Of a DNA stretch of 64,000 bases, positions 23,920 to 34,600 are shown piece after piece; position 1 is the stretch's first letter; each line of letters begins with the position of its first letter. The translations under genes and the position numbers were made by a program. The notes below the pieces were generated by a model. It was not told the DNA's origin. It searched no databases and saw only the letters and a list, made by a program, of their open reading frames with translations. The stretch spans positions 620,001 to 684,000 of the forward strand of contig JAPMXV010000042.1 in NCBI GenBank assembly GCA_026936335.1, written 5' to 3'. Origin of the DNA: Mantamonas sphyraenae STR306 (Eukaryota > Protista > CRuMs).

Positions 23920-25607
23920 CAGTAGCAGCAGTAGTGGTGGTGATATGCGTGAACAGGTGCGTGCTGCTTTGGAGCAGGTGACGGTGGAAGAGATGAAGGG
24001 GATGGACGAGAGTGAGCTGAAGGCACAGGTGGAGGGAGCGGTGGGGACAACAGTGGACAGCGATGTGTACAACGAGGAGTTGGACAGGCGGATGGAAAAG
24101 ATGATGGAAGAGACGATGGAGGAGGAGCTGGAAGCGGCTGGAGACGACGAGCAAGAGGAGGACGACCTGTTTGGCACAGGTGGGGCCGGAGACGACGACC
24201 TGGACGATGTGTTTGGGGGCGAGCTGGGCGATGACGTGTTTGGAGGCGAGCTGGGCGGTGGCGAGGAACAGGGTAAGGATAGCGGGGGCGGAAGGCGGCA
24301 TGCGTGAGGAGAGGGTTGCCCGGCGCGCCAAGGCGAGGTGACTGCACACACTGACGCAGGGGGAACCGTTGACCCTCCGTACCTGACTGGTCATGCACCT
24401 CATGTACGCGGGGTGCACGCATGTGATGCTGGAATTGGGGCAGACTTTGCAGGGACGTCTGAGGCGGCGCTGGCGTATCTGACCAACCTGACGCAAAAGT
24501 GAGCTGCGGTGCCCAAGAGGAGAGACAAAGAGGAGAAAAGAGGCGATGTGTGGAGACACACACTGACACCCACATGCACATCTCACACATCACTGCGTCT
24601 CTCTCTCTCTCTCTCTCTCTGTGTCTCTGTCTCTCTGTCTGTGACCACACAGTACGAAGAAAGCTAGCAAGAAGCGGCGGTCGACGCGGAAGCGAAAGGT
24701 GCCCGAAGGCGAGGGCGGTGCAGGGGATGGAGAGAAGGAGAAGGAGGAGGAGGAGCTGGACTGGTTCGAGCAGCGTATGAAGCAATTTAAGAAGGCGCGC
24801 AAGAGCAAGGCGGACACACAGGGCGACTCGACGGAACACGACGAAGTGGCCATGATGTTTGTCGCGAGGATGAACGAAGCTAACGAAGCGGACCGGGCCG
24901 CGTATGAGGCATCTGAACCAGCGTTCAACAAGCTCAAGATGTTGGGGGAGGTGGAGAGCATGATGGACAAGTCGTTCATGAAGAATGCGCTCCTGGACAA
25001 CGGATTCCTGCAGCTTCTGAAGGACTGGCTGGACCCGATGAGCGACGGGCAGCTGCCGTCGGTGCGCATCCGGGAAACGCTGATCAACAAGCTGGCCAGC
25101 GATGGGGGATACATCAACAACAACAACGAGCGGGCAGACAGCCACGTGAGGCAGCTGAAGGCAAGTAAGCTGGGGTTGGTGATCACCTTCCTGTCGCGAC
25201 ACCCCAAGGAAACGGCAGCCAACAGGCGGCTTTGCCAGGAGCTGATCAATCAGTGGTCGCGGATGATGTTGAACCTGCCCAGCGGATACGAGGACCAGGA
25301 GATTGAGGACGTGCAGGTGGATCCGCGGGAGCAGAAGCGAAAGCAGGCGCTGAGCCACCAGCTGAGCAAGCGCAAGCTGAAGGAAGACGTGGCGGCAGGA
25401 AGAGCCCAGCTGTTTGGACAGGCTGTGGACTTTGACTTTAAGAAGCGACCTGTGCAGGTGCTGCGTGAGGGCAAGGTGAAGAACAAGAACCCGAGCCAGT
25501 TCCGCTTCAAGCGCTTCGAAAAGGCGGGTCTGGAGCACCGCAAGAAGACAAGTGGGGCAGGCACTGCGGTGAAGATGAGTGTGCAGGGACGGGGAATGAA
25601 CATGTGA
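23882..25607 (+). CDS. IWS1: Transcription elongation factor IWS1/Spn1 (TFIIS N-terminal/Med26 domain); at least 2 introns
   Basis: PAFNKLKML, LLDNGFLQLLKDWLDPMSDGQLPS, LKASKLG...HPKETAANR...LINQWSR, and C-terminal AVKMSVQGR. A small exon ending at 24498 keeps the frame. Confidence 0.9.
23885..23935. repeat. (AGC/AGT)n poly-Ser tract right after the IWS1 start codon; similar tracts at ~5930-5956, 38795-38857, 50882-50935, 58912-58961
   Basis: Direct inspection. Confidence 0.9.
24598..24640. repeat. Intronic (CT)n microsatellite; other intronic tracts: (GT)n at ~765-790 and 38400-38428, (CA)n at 52218-52245
   Basis: Direct inspection. Confidence 0.9.
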
Positions 25608-25684
25608 TGACGATGATTGAGGGAGACGGGCGATGCCCTTGGCAACAGAACAGCAGCAGCAGCAGGTCCAGCCGCAAGAAGAAC

Positions 25685-26539
25685 ATGAGCCGCTTCAAGC
25701 GCAAGACGCAAGGAGAGGACGACGAGAGCGACTCGTCTTCTGACGAAGAGGGCATTCTGAACGTGATCCGGGAAAAGAGTGTGCAGGCGCAGGCTCGTGC
25801 GCAGGGGGAGTCGCCTCAGAAGAAGCGAGAGGGCGGACGAGGAGGGAGAGGGGCCAAAGTGGGCAAGGGGGGTAAGAAGAAACGTGAAATCAGGATAGAA
25901 GACAGCGTGGACAGCGTGGGAGACACGGTGGGCTCTGGACTGGCGCAGGACGAGCTGCTGGCGATCCAGGAGACACAGCGGAAACGAGAGGCGCGGGCGG
26001 CAAGCGCAGAAGACGGCAGCAGCGGCGGGCCGGAAGGAGTCAATGGGATACTGGGAAAGGTGTTGGGAGGGGTGAGTGACAACAAGAACACAAACAGTGG
26101 GGAGCACGGTGGAGGGAAGACACAGACAGGTGGTGGCGGAGGCGGAGGAGGAGGGGAAGAAGCCAGCGGAGGCAGCGGAAGCAGGAGGAGGACAGGCACA
26201 GGGACAAGCAATGGGGAAACATCATCTGCAAACAATGGGGCATCGACTGTGTTTGAGGATCCAGCTGTGAGTGGCGTGGGCAATGCACGGTGTGAAGGCG
26301 AGGCAAGGCTGCGGACGTTGAACAAGCGTGTGCGCAGCGAGGCAGTGGCACGGTACAACAAGGTGTACCATGACCTGGAGAAACAGGTTGTTTCGGACGA
26401 ACAAACGCTGAGCAAACACCTGTCGGGCACACAAGACATGCTCGTGCACGTGCGCAGCTTCAACGACGACCTGGACAAAATCTGCACCCAGAGTGAGCAC
26501 ATCACAAGCTTCCTGCAGCGTTGGGGCGAAAGCAAGTGA
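25685..26539 (+). CDS. Hypothetical protein; C-terminal coiled coil possibly BLOC-1 subunit 3-like
   Basis: Open ORF with codon usage like its neighbours. Acidic/low-complexity N-terminus and ~80-aa helical C-terminus. The family assignment is weak. Confidence 0.5.
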   Translation: MSRFKRKTQGEDDESDSSSDEEGILNVIREKSVQAQARAQGESPQKKREGGRGGRGAKVGKGGKKKREIRIEDSVDSVGDTVGSGLAQDELLAIQETQRKREARAASAEDGSSGGPEGVNGILGKVLGGVSDNKNTNSGEHGGGKTQTGGGGGGGGGEEASGGSGSRRRTGTGTSNGETSSANNGASTVFEDPAVSGVGNARCEGEARLRTLNKRVRSEAVARYNKVYHDLEKQVVSDEQTLSKHLSGTQDMLVHVRSFNDDLDKICTQSEHITSFLQRWGESK

Positions 26540-26574
26540 GCATGACGAGTGTAAACATGCATTGATGCATTGAA

Positions 26575-29317
26575 TCAGGCAGACGCATCCTCATCGTCGT
26601 CGTCGTCCTCGTTCTGCGCAGTGTTGCTTCGCTCCCTTTCCTGATCCCTCCAGAAGCCCGTGAGGTTTGCGCGCTCGCTCTGTCGCTCTTGCGCTTTGCG
26701 ACTCTGCTCCATTTCGCGGTAGGTACGGTCACGATCGATAAGTGCCATGGCAAACTGGATGTCCTTGTCCCGCTTCTTGCGTTCCCGTGCTTCCTTCAGC
26801 TCGATCTGTTGTTGCAGATACGATGTCAACTCGGCCTTTTCAGCTTCGCTCGGTCCAAACGACATCTGTTCGCTGGGCATCATGGGAGGGCGCTCGACCA
26901 TGGCCCTGCGCTCCGCCTGCTCCTGTTCGCGCTGCTTCTGCTTGAACGCAATCTGTTGCTGCAGGATGCGGAAAGTCTCACGCTTCTCGTTCTCAACAAT
27001 CTGGTTGTGCAGCTCATCGGCAGCGGTGCGCAGCTGGGTCTGGTAGTCGATTTCATGGTCGGCCTGCTTTTCATACTTGCGCTTCTCCTTGGCCTCCTTG
27101 GCGGCGCGTTTCTTTGCCTGCTCAAACACTGCGTTGACGCACTCCTGGTTGGGCTGTCGCAGTCGTTCCTTGTTGCTGTGGTTCCACAGTGTGTAAAAGA
27201 TGTCCCCCTTGAGCATAAAGTCGTCCACAACGGGGTTGTTGTCCTTTTCCACCGGGTTGTACCGTCCTGCCAGATGGTCGTTGTGATGCGGGTGGCCAGC
27301 TCGCTCGTCTGCCATGTTGAGCAGTTGCTCGCCATTTTCCTCAAAAAACTGTTTCGCCAGCATTTTGTTGCTGGTTCCGTTCTGCATCAGATGCACCTGT
27401 GTGCGGTTGAACGAGTTTTCCTCAATCCACTTGTCCAGTCCCTTGCCCTGTGCGCCCGTGTTTGTGTTGCCCTTGGCCACATTCTGAGTGTGAGACACAG
27501 CCTTGCGTGCTCGCGGAGACTGAGACGACGCTTGCGACGAAGCTCGGCCGCTGCTGCGGCGGGATTGGCGACTGGAGAGCAGTTCACGCTCTGCCTTTTC
27601 GGCATCCTGGAGCGCCTTTTGGGTTTGGGAGCTCATCAGACGGTTGTGTTTCTGCAGCACTTGCTGGCTGAGTGACGAGGAGGCACCTCCGCCTGCTTGG
27701 TGTCGACCACTGAGCATGGAGGTAGGGCGTGCGTTTTGCACTTGCTGGCGGTGCCACGACGCCTGCGTGGAAGGACGCTGGGACCCAGAGCCGTATGAAG
27801 AATAGGAGGAGTAGGACGAGGCGTAGCTGCCACTGCCGTACGAAGACCAGCTGTCGTAGGAAGCGTCCGAGGCGCGGCTGAACGATCGGAAGGAGCCCGA
27901 GAGGGAGCTGGAGGTGCTGGGACGCGATGTAACTGACTGACGCTCAATCTCTGCACTGTACGAGTCACGCTGCTGCTTGCGACGAAGCGGGACGGGCTTT
28001 TGCTTAACATGGAGCACCTGGTTGCCCGAAGCGTCTGTGCGCACAGACATGCTTGTCGACGGGCGCTCCTGGGCGTACTGAGGATGTCCATGACGGCTGC
28101 TGCTGCTTGTGATACTTCTCCTGCTGCTGCTGCTGCTTGTGCGGCCACGTGCAGAGGCCGACGAGGAACCGTGCTCCCATCCAAAGTCAATGTCGCTGTG
28201 GGCGTCGTTGTTGTCGTAAAACATGGGCCCACTGTTGTTGCCACCGGTTTCGCTGTTGCTGTTGGAGTTGGAGTTGGAGTTGCTGCTGTGTTGATCAGTT
28301 TCACTGGAGAGCGAAGCCAGCTCGGTGTCCGGTCGCTGCACGCCCAGCTGCTTCTGGGCCGATTTCCACGCCCGTGCCGAGTACTGCGAGTCACCCAAGT
28401 CTTTTTGCGAGGCTCGGCTGAGAGTTGACTCTCGGGTCTGCTGCACCTCGGATTGGCAGAGCTCAGAGACCACGTCGCAAAACTGGAACTGTAGCAGCGG
28501 TGTGTTAGCCACGAGACGCAAGGGGCTCGAGATCCACTCTGTGGGGGACACTGTACCCTTCCTCATCCATCCTCCCCCTATGGTTACCTTGATGGCGCGT
28601 CCAGACGACGTCAGCGTGCCGATCTTGAGATCGAGCTGGACGCGTTCGCCGGCACCCATGGCCGTGCCGATAGTGTCAAAGATATCAGAAAGGGAAACCA
28701 TGACCTGGCGTTTGGTCAATCCTGTGGCAACAATGAGCTCGCTGTAGTTGAGAGTGATGCCATTGACGTTGGCAAGAGAGACGCTGCGTGCCTGCGGGGG
28801 ATTTTGAACGTTGCGTCGCTTGTCAGCTGGGGCAACGGCCGGGAGGGTGCAGCTGGCGGTGACGAGTTTTCACGTCGCGCATGTTTACACACGAGACTAC
28901 AGCGGGTGTGGGGGTGTGGGAAGGTCTCTTCAACGTACCATCTTGACGCCGTAGCGGGAAGCAAACTTGTTGTGGATGGCAAACACTGGCCTGCGCTCTC
29001 GCACGCTGCCCAGGAGTCCACGATCACGCTCTGTGTGAAGGTAAGCCCATGTACCCAGGTCTGGGATACGTACACCCTGTTGGAGAGGCGTCAAGACGGG
29101 AGTGGGGTGGCCAAGAGGCGTGTGTGAGCCTGCCCAGCACTTTGTTGGCCGAAATTCAAGGAATGCCACCTACACGGCCGGTTTCCACAACATGCTTCCA
29201 GAGCCAGTTGAGGAGGGCTGACCACACCTTCTTGTAGGTGGTCTTTGTGATGCCCTCACGCTTGACACGTGGTTTGCGAATGCACTCGAGCAGGAGTTGC
29301 TTCAAGCCAAACGACAT
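26575..29317 (-). CDS. CCDC81: CCDC81-like protein (tandem HU-CCDC81 domains plus coiled coil); ~3 introns
   Basis: KKVWSALLNWL...GR|GVRIPDLGTW...RRPVFAIHNKFASRYGV...LNYSELIVATG...VQLDLKIGTL, followed by a C-terminal coiled coil. Confidence 0.75.
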
Positions 29318-29448
29318 CGGTGGTTGGCACAATCGTCGCAGCGGACCACAAACACACATGTGCCAAACTGTGGCTCAGTGGCGTGTGTGGATGATGCATG
29401 TGATGCACGGGAGAAGCCAGTTGGGCCCATGCGGAAGCAAACCATCGC

Positions 29449-31635
29449 ATGAGTCGCAGGCAACAGACTTTCAGCAGCGGCGGTGTGGGACTGCATGACG
29501 ACAGCCCAGGGGGGATCCGACGGAGCAATCGTCGCAATGTGAGCACCCTTTCGTTGGGAAGCTCAGCCAGTGTGCCGAGGAACTCTTGGAACATCGGCGG
29601 CAGTAGTCGAAATCGATCCTTGTACAGGTCAACAGAGAGCAGCGGGTATGGGGTTGGATCGCAGTACAAGACGAGCAACAGCCATGCGCACCCGAGTATG
29701 GGTGGGACAGGACGCAAGACAAGCCGAGACGGAGTTGTGGAGGAGACCATTGAGCTGAACAGCGGCAGCTCAGCGAAGCGCACCAAGCGCAGCTCGTCAC
29801 GTGGGTCAACCTCGTCGAACTCATCGGCAACGCAGTATGGAACGCACAACATGAACTCTGTGGAGGACAGATTGCGGTGGTACCAAGCGGGAGGCCGAAG
29901 CAGCGCGAGTGGCGGGACAACGGTCGGAAGCGGCAGCGGCAACGGGTACAAAGCATCGTTGGCCCGGGTGACAAATACGATGCAACACATGCAGGGGAGC
30001 ACGGCAGGGCTGGAAAGATCGAGTGGTGACAGCACGGGAGTGAGGGCAAGCAGCAGCCGGAATTTGTACGGGCAACTGAGCGGCGCACGAGAGTCTGTTG
30101 GAAGCCGCGTGGAGCACGGAAACTCGCGATTGCATCGAATGAGTGACCGAGACTCATACGCGAGCGTGAGTGAGCTGGGTGAAAGCGGAGGCGGAGTGCG
30201 GAGCAGATCGGTCGCAAGCAGATCCAGTGAGCCAGATGTGGAGGAAGAGGAGGAGGAAACGATGATGACAGAGAGGGACGGAAGGAGCAACCTGGCGTCG
30301 ACGAAGCATCGATTGTCGTCGTCCTCGCTGTCGTCGTCAGTGTCGTCGGGCAGGGGAAAGGGCACGCGCACACGGTTGGAGGAATACGAGAGCAGCAGCG
30401 GCGGGTCGTCGTCTTCGCCTCGGGGTCTGACCGGCCTGGAGAACTTGGGCAATACTTGCTTCATGAACAGTATTGTCCAGTGTCTCAGCAACACGCGCTT
30501 GCTGTGCAACTACTTTCTCAGCGGAGACTACACCGCGGATCTGAACACACAAGTGAGCACACGTGGGAAGCTGGCCAGCGCGTTTGGCAGTCTTATGGAG
30601 CAGATGTGGCGAAAGGGAAGTGGCGGAAGCAGCAGTAGCGGGCTCTACAGCGGCTCGTCCCGCTTGTACTCAAGCTCCTATTCGTCGTACTCGTCGTACT
30701 CGTCGTACGGAGGGCGCAGCAGCGTGTCACCATCTGCATTTAAGCGTGAGGTGGGCAAGTATGCGTCCCGATTTATGGGCTACGAACAGCAGGATGCCCA
30801 CGAGTTTCTCCGCTTTTTGCTGGACGGCCTTCACACGGATCTGAACCTGGTGCGGCGCAAGATCAAGTATGTGGAACGTACAGACGAAGAAGACGCGGCT
30901 CTGAGCAGCGAGGAGAAGGCAGAGGTGTACTGGGAGCGTCATGTCGAGCGCAACCAGTCGTTTGTGATGGATCTGTTCTGTGGCCAACTGCGCAGTTCTG
31001 TGCAGTGCACAGTGTGCAACACAGTATCAGAGGCGTTTGATCCATTCATGGACCTGTCCGTACCCATTCCCAAGCAGTACCAATCGTCTCGCAGCACCAG
31101 GCCATCGTACGGTGGATACCACTCCCGATTCAGCAGCTACGGCAGCAGCAGCTACGGCAGCTACAGCAGCTATGACGATTCGTCTGTATCTTGTACACTG
31201 ACCGAGTGCCTGGAGGAGTTTACAAAGAGTGAGCTGCTGGACGAGGAGGAAAAGTACTTTTGCTCACGGTGCAAGAAGCGCCAGCGCAGCCGGAAGGCAT
31301 TCTCCATCCGCACGCTGCCGCCGGTCCTTGTCATCCACATCAAGCGCTTTGTGTACAACACATACACTCGCTCCAAGTTGGCCACGAGCGTGGATTTCCC
31401 CACCCGCGGCCTGGATATGTCTGCGTATGCAGACGGCGGCCAAAACGCCGTCTACGATCTCTTTGCTGTCAGCAACCATATCGGGAGCATGGGAGGAGGT
31501 CACTACACAGCCCATTGTATCAACCAGGACGACGGGGCGTGGCACAGCTACAACGACTCGTCCGTGAGCAGCGCCTCAGAGTCGTCGCTCAGCAAATCCA
31601 ACGCCTACGTCCTGTTCTATGCGCTTCGCAAATGA
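29449..31635 (+). CDS. Ubiquitin-specific protease, USP2/USP21-like (peptidase C19); intronless
   Basis: Cys box GLENLGNTCFMNS, QQDAHEFLRFLLDGLH, His box NHIGSMGGGHYTA, NDS...AYVLFY. Confidence 0.93.
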   Translation: MSRRQQTFSSGGVGLHDDSPGGIRRSNRRNVSTLSLGSSASVPRNSWNIGGSSRNRSLYRSTESSGYGVGSQYKTSNSHAHPSMGGTGRKTSRDGVVEETIELNSGSSAKRTKRSSSRGSTSSNSSATQYGTHNMNSVEDRLRWYQAGGRSSASGGTTVGSGSGNGYKASLARVTNTMQHMQGSTAGLERSSGDSTGVRASSSRNLYGQLSGARESVGSRVEHGNSRLHRMSDRDSYASVSELGESGGGVRSRSVASRSSEPDVEEEEEETMMTERDGRSNLASTKHRLSSSSLSSSVSSGRGKGTRTRLEEYESSSGGSSSSPRGLTGLENLGNTCFMNSIVQCLSNTRLLCNYFLSGDYTADLNTQVSTRGKLASAFGSLMEQMWRKGSGGSSSSGLYSGSSRLYSSSYSSYSSYSSYGGRSSVSPSAFKREVGKYASRFMGYEQQDAHEFLRFLLDGLHTDLNLVRRKIKYVERTDEEDAALSSEEKAEVYWERHVERNQSFVMDLFCGQLRSSVQCTVCNTVSEAFDPFMDLSVPIPKQYQSSRSTRPSYGGYHSRFSSYGSSSYGSYSSYDDSSVSCTLTECLEEFTKSELLDEEEKYFCSRCKKRQRSRKAFSIRTLPPVLVIHIKRFVYNTYTRSKLATSVDFPTRGLDMSAYADGGQNAVYDLFAVSNHIGSMGGGHYTAHCINQDDGAWHSYNDSSVSSASESSLSKSNAYVLFYALRK

Positions 31636-31681
31636 AGCCCGGTTGATAGTGTACATCAAGGTTGCTTGATGAGATGTGGAT

Positions 31682-34600
31682 TCATTCCATGCGCACAATG
31701 CCTTTCTCTGGGAATTGTCGCCAGATGCGAATCTTCTCCGGGGACACGCCGTGCGAATGCTGCAACTCGACATCCAGCGCGTATGGCTGGATATCATTCG
31801 GCAGGTCGATTGCGTCATTGTCTACACTCGTGCCCATGAGTGCGTGCAGACGGAGCAGGTTTGTGTCCTGGGCCTCGTCGTCGTGAGTGCGACGCAGCAG
31901 GAGGCCGATGTTGCCGCCCCAGCCTGCACCGGGACACAGAAAACCAATGCAGTTGAGTTGTCCATGCTCGTTGTCTTCCATGCGATTGAGTTGCAAAGCC
32001 AGGGTGTACGCACGGTGAAGGACGCCATTGGCCGAGTCACCGCGGAAGAGGTGTCGCTTGTCGTGCCACGACTGCATGCCCAGGGCACCTACAAGAAACA
32101 GCCTCTGGAAATCAGACAACAGCACGGCATTGTCCGACTCTGCACATTCTCGAAGCGTGTGTGCGCGGAAAGTGAGCCCTTCTGCCTCTGCGTCGTCGGC
32201 CCAATTGAGCAAGTGTTGCTGCAAACGGGGCCAGTCCAGCTGGGCAACAGAGGAGGAAGCGGTTGTGAGCAACGCACATACTTGTGCAACACGCCAATCC
32301 TCATGTAGCATATACTCTGCCACGTCGAGCATTGGTGTGGTTGCTGTGAGCACGGCAACTTGCGGCGCACTTGTGCCTTGCGCGTACCCCAACAAGCGCA
32401 CGTCAGTTGGGTCTGCACCCACAGCCACGAATGGGATGAAATCTTCACCCTGGGGCTCCGCATGGATCTCCAACGAGGACACATCCACACCATCGGGTAG
32501 CACCATGCATTCCAGAGGCACCTGCGCTCGTTTGACATCCCACTCGGAAACATCCAATGCCAAACGACCGCCCCCCGTGTGTCTCAATAGCGCGAGAGCC
32601 ATGTGGTACTCACGCACGCGCTGGTTGAAGTTTGTGAGCGGGCTGTCTGCTTCACTGTCACTGTGGCTGCTGAGCTGGCGTGTGGAGCCCGTGTCCACGA
32701 TGACGAGGTCGTAGCCAACTTGCTGCAGGTGTGGCGACACGGATGCAAGGAGACTGGGTTCGTGGCCACAGTCGACAAAGGACAGGCGATCTTTCTCGGC
32801 GCAGGCGATAAGCAACGGGTCCATCACACCGGAGGCGACCCCGACCACTTGGTTTTCCACGTCGTGGCACAGTTGAGCCAGCGAAACGGGCTCGTACAGA
32901 AGCGGCGAGTCGCTGGCAATCAGGGAAAGGGTGCTTGTGGCCACAGAAAGCAACAATGCGGCTGAGCTGGACAGACCGGCACCCATGGCCAGGTCGCTGT
33001 CGATGAAAAGATCCAACGATGGCAATTCGACATCTGACAGGCGGTTGCAAACCTCGTTGATCACACCAGCGACGTAGTGGGTCCACACGGGCGCATCGCT
33101 CAGGTCCACTAGGCCCGCATCTGTGTAGGGCATGGTGCACATGCGGGCACCCCTTTGAAGGTTGCGCGAGTACACGCAAAGACGACGCTGGGAAGAAGTG
33201 CGAACAATGCGCACAGCTGTGCACACGCGCTGCGAGACGGCTAGGCCGAACGCACGCATGGACGCCCAGTCTGTGTGTGCGCCTCCACCATTGATGCGGC
33301 CAGCACAACCATACATGCGCTCTGGAGGATCCAATGGGCCATGGATCGATCGGAAACCGGCGCTCAGGCGTTGTGCATCGAGTTGCACCTCTTGATGGGC
33401 GAATTCGTCCACAGCCACATCCATCAGCCTGGACTGCGCCTCCACGTTGTAGCCTGGTCGCCAAGACTCGAGGACAGGGAGCCAGGAGTCACTTGCAAGC
33501 CACGAGAGCATCCATGCGAGTACACGGCGACGCTGTCGAGTAGCATCGTCGTCTGATCCGTGCGCTGATGGCAGCACATCGGCTACAATGGTGTCCACCA
33601 GTTGAATCCAGGATACTTCGGATGCAGTTGTGTGGGCCATGTGGAACACGTGTGGGATGAGCCACTGGTGGAGCAGTTGTTCAGCAGCGTAGGGCTCATG
33701 TGTGCGTTGCAAACGGTTGCTCACTGGAAGGGTGTCCAACACAGCGTGCAACTGAGCCATCCACACGGTGTCGTTGTCCTGTGAGGCCAAGTGGTGTGCC
33801 TCCAGGGAGTGCTCATCCAAACGCACCTGTATGAGCTCTTGTCTGCGTGCGTCCATGCGGTCCATGTCGATCTGCTTGGCCAGCTCGCCAAACGACTGCC
33901 AGTTGTTCACAATGGGAAAGGTGAGGGGCTTTGCACCGTGAAGAGCATCAACACGGTTGGCTCTGCGGTACAAAGGCCATCGGTGGGTGCGCTGGAAGGT
34001 CTGGTTGTGGTCAGAGGTGGTCCCAGCTGAGCTGAGGGTGCACACAAACTCATTTGCAGCCACCAGCAGAGGAGCATGTGCTATGAGATTGCGCTCCTGG
34101 TCTCCACCTTGCTCTGTGAGTCCGTAGGTACGCGAATCAAAGCCCACGACAAGCACCTGGCTGGCCTGACTGATGTGTCCGCCGCCGCCCACAAAACAGC
34201 TTTGGATGGCCACGCATGCATCCGGTGAGGCGGAAGGTTCAATGACGAGCTCCGTATCCTTCTCCAAGTGGATGTACGAGTCGCTGAGCAGTACACAGGC
34301 ATGTGAGTGTGCGTTGGACACCACCAGGCGCCCGCTGCCTGTGATGACCGTGTTGTGGAGCAGGAAAGCGGCTTCGTCCCCGACCTCCAGCTGCACGGTG
34401 TCCGCGACCGTGCTCCCAAAGGTGTGCTGGGACAGAGGAAGCAATCTGGCACGCGTGCGTCCCTCGTTGGTAAATGCACGCATGTACAGCGCCTGCAAAT
34501 AGAGATCAGGCTGGCCCAGGTCGCCGGCAATACACCCTTCGCCAAGGGAGGCCACGTACGTGGTGTACTTGGTCAGTGTGTCAAAGGCGCACTGCCAAAT

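Noticed and set aside
24273-24652. Apparent frame mismatch in IWS1
   Set aside because: Resolved by an internal exon ending at 24498 (GTSEAALAYLTNLTQ).
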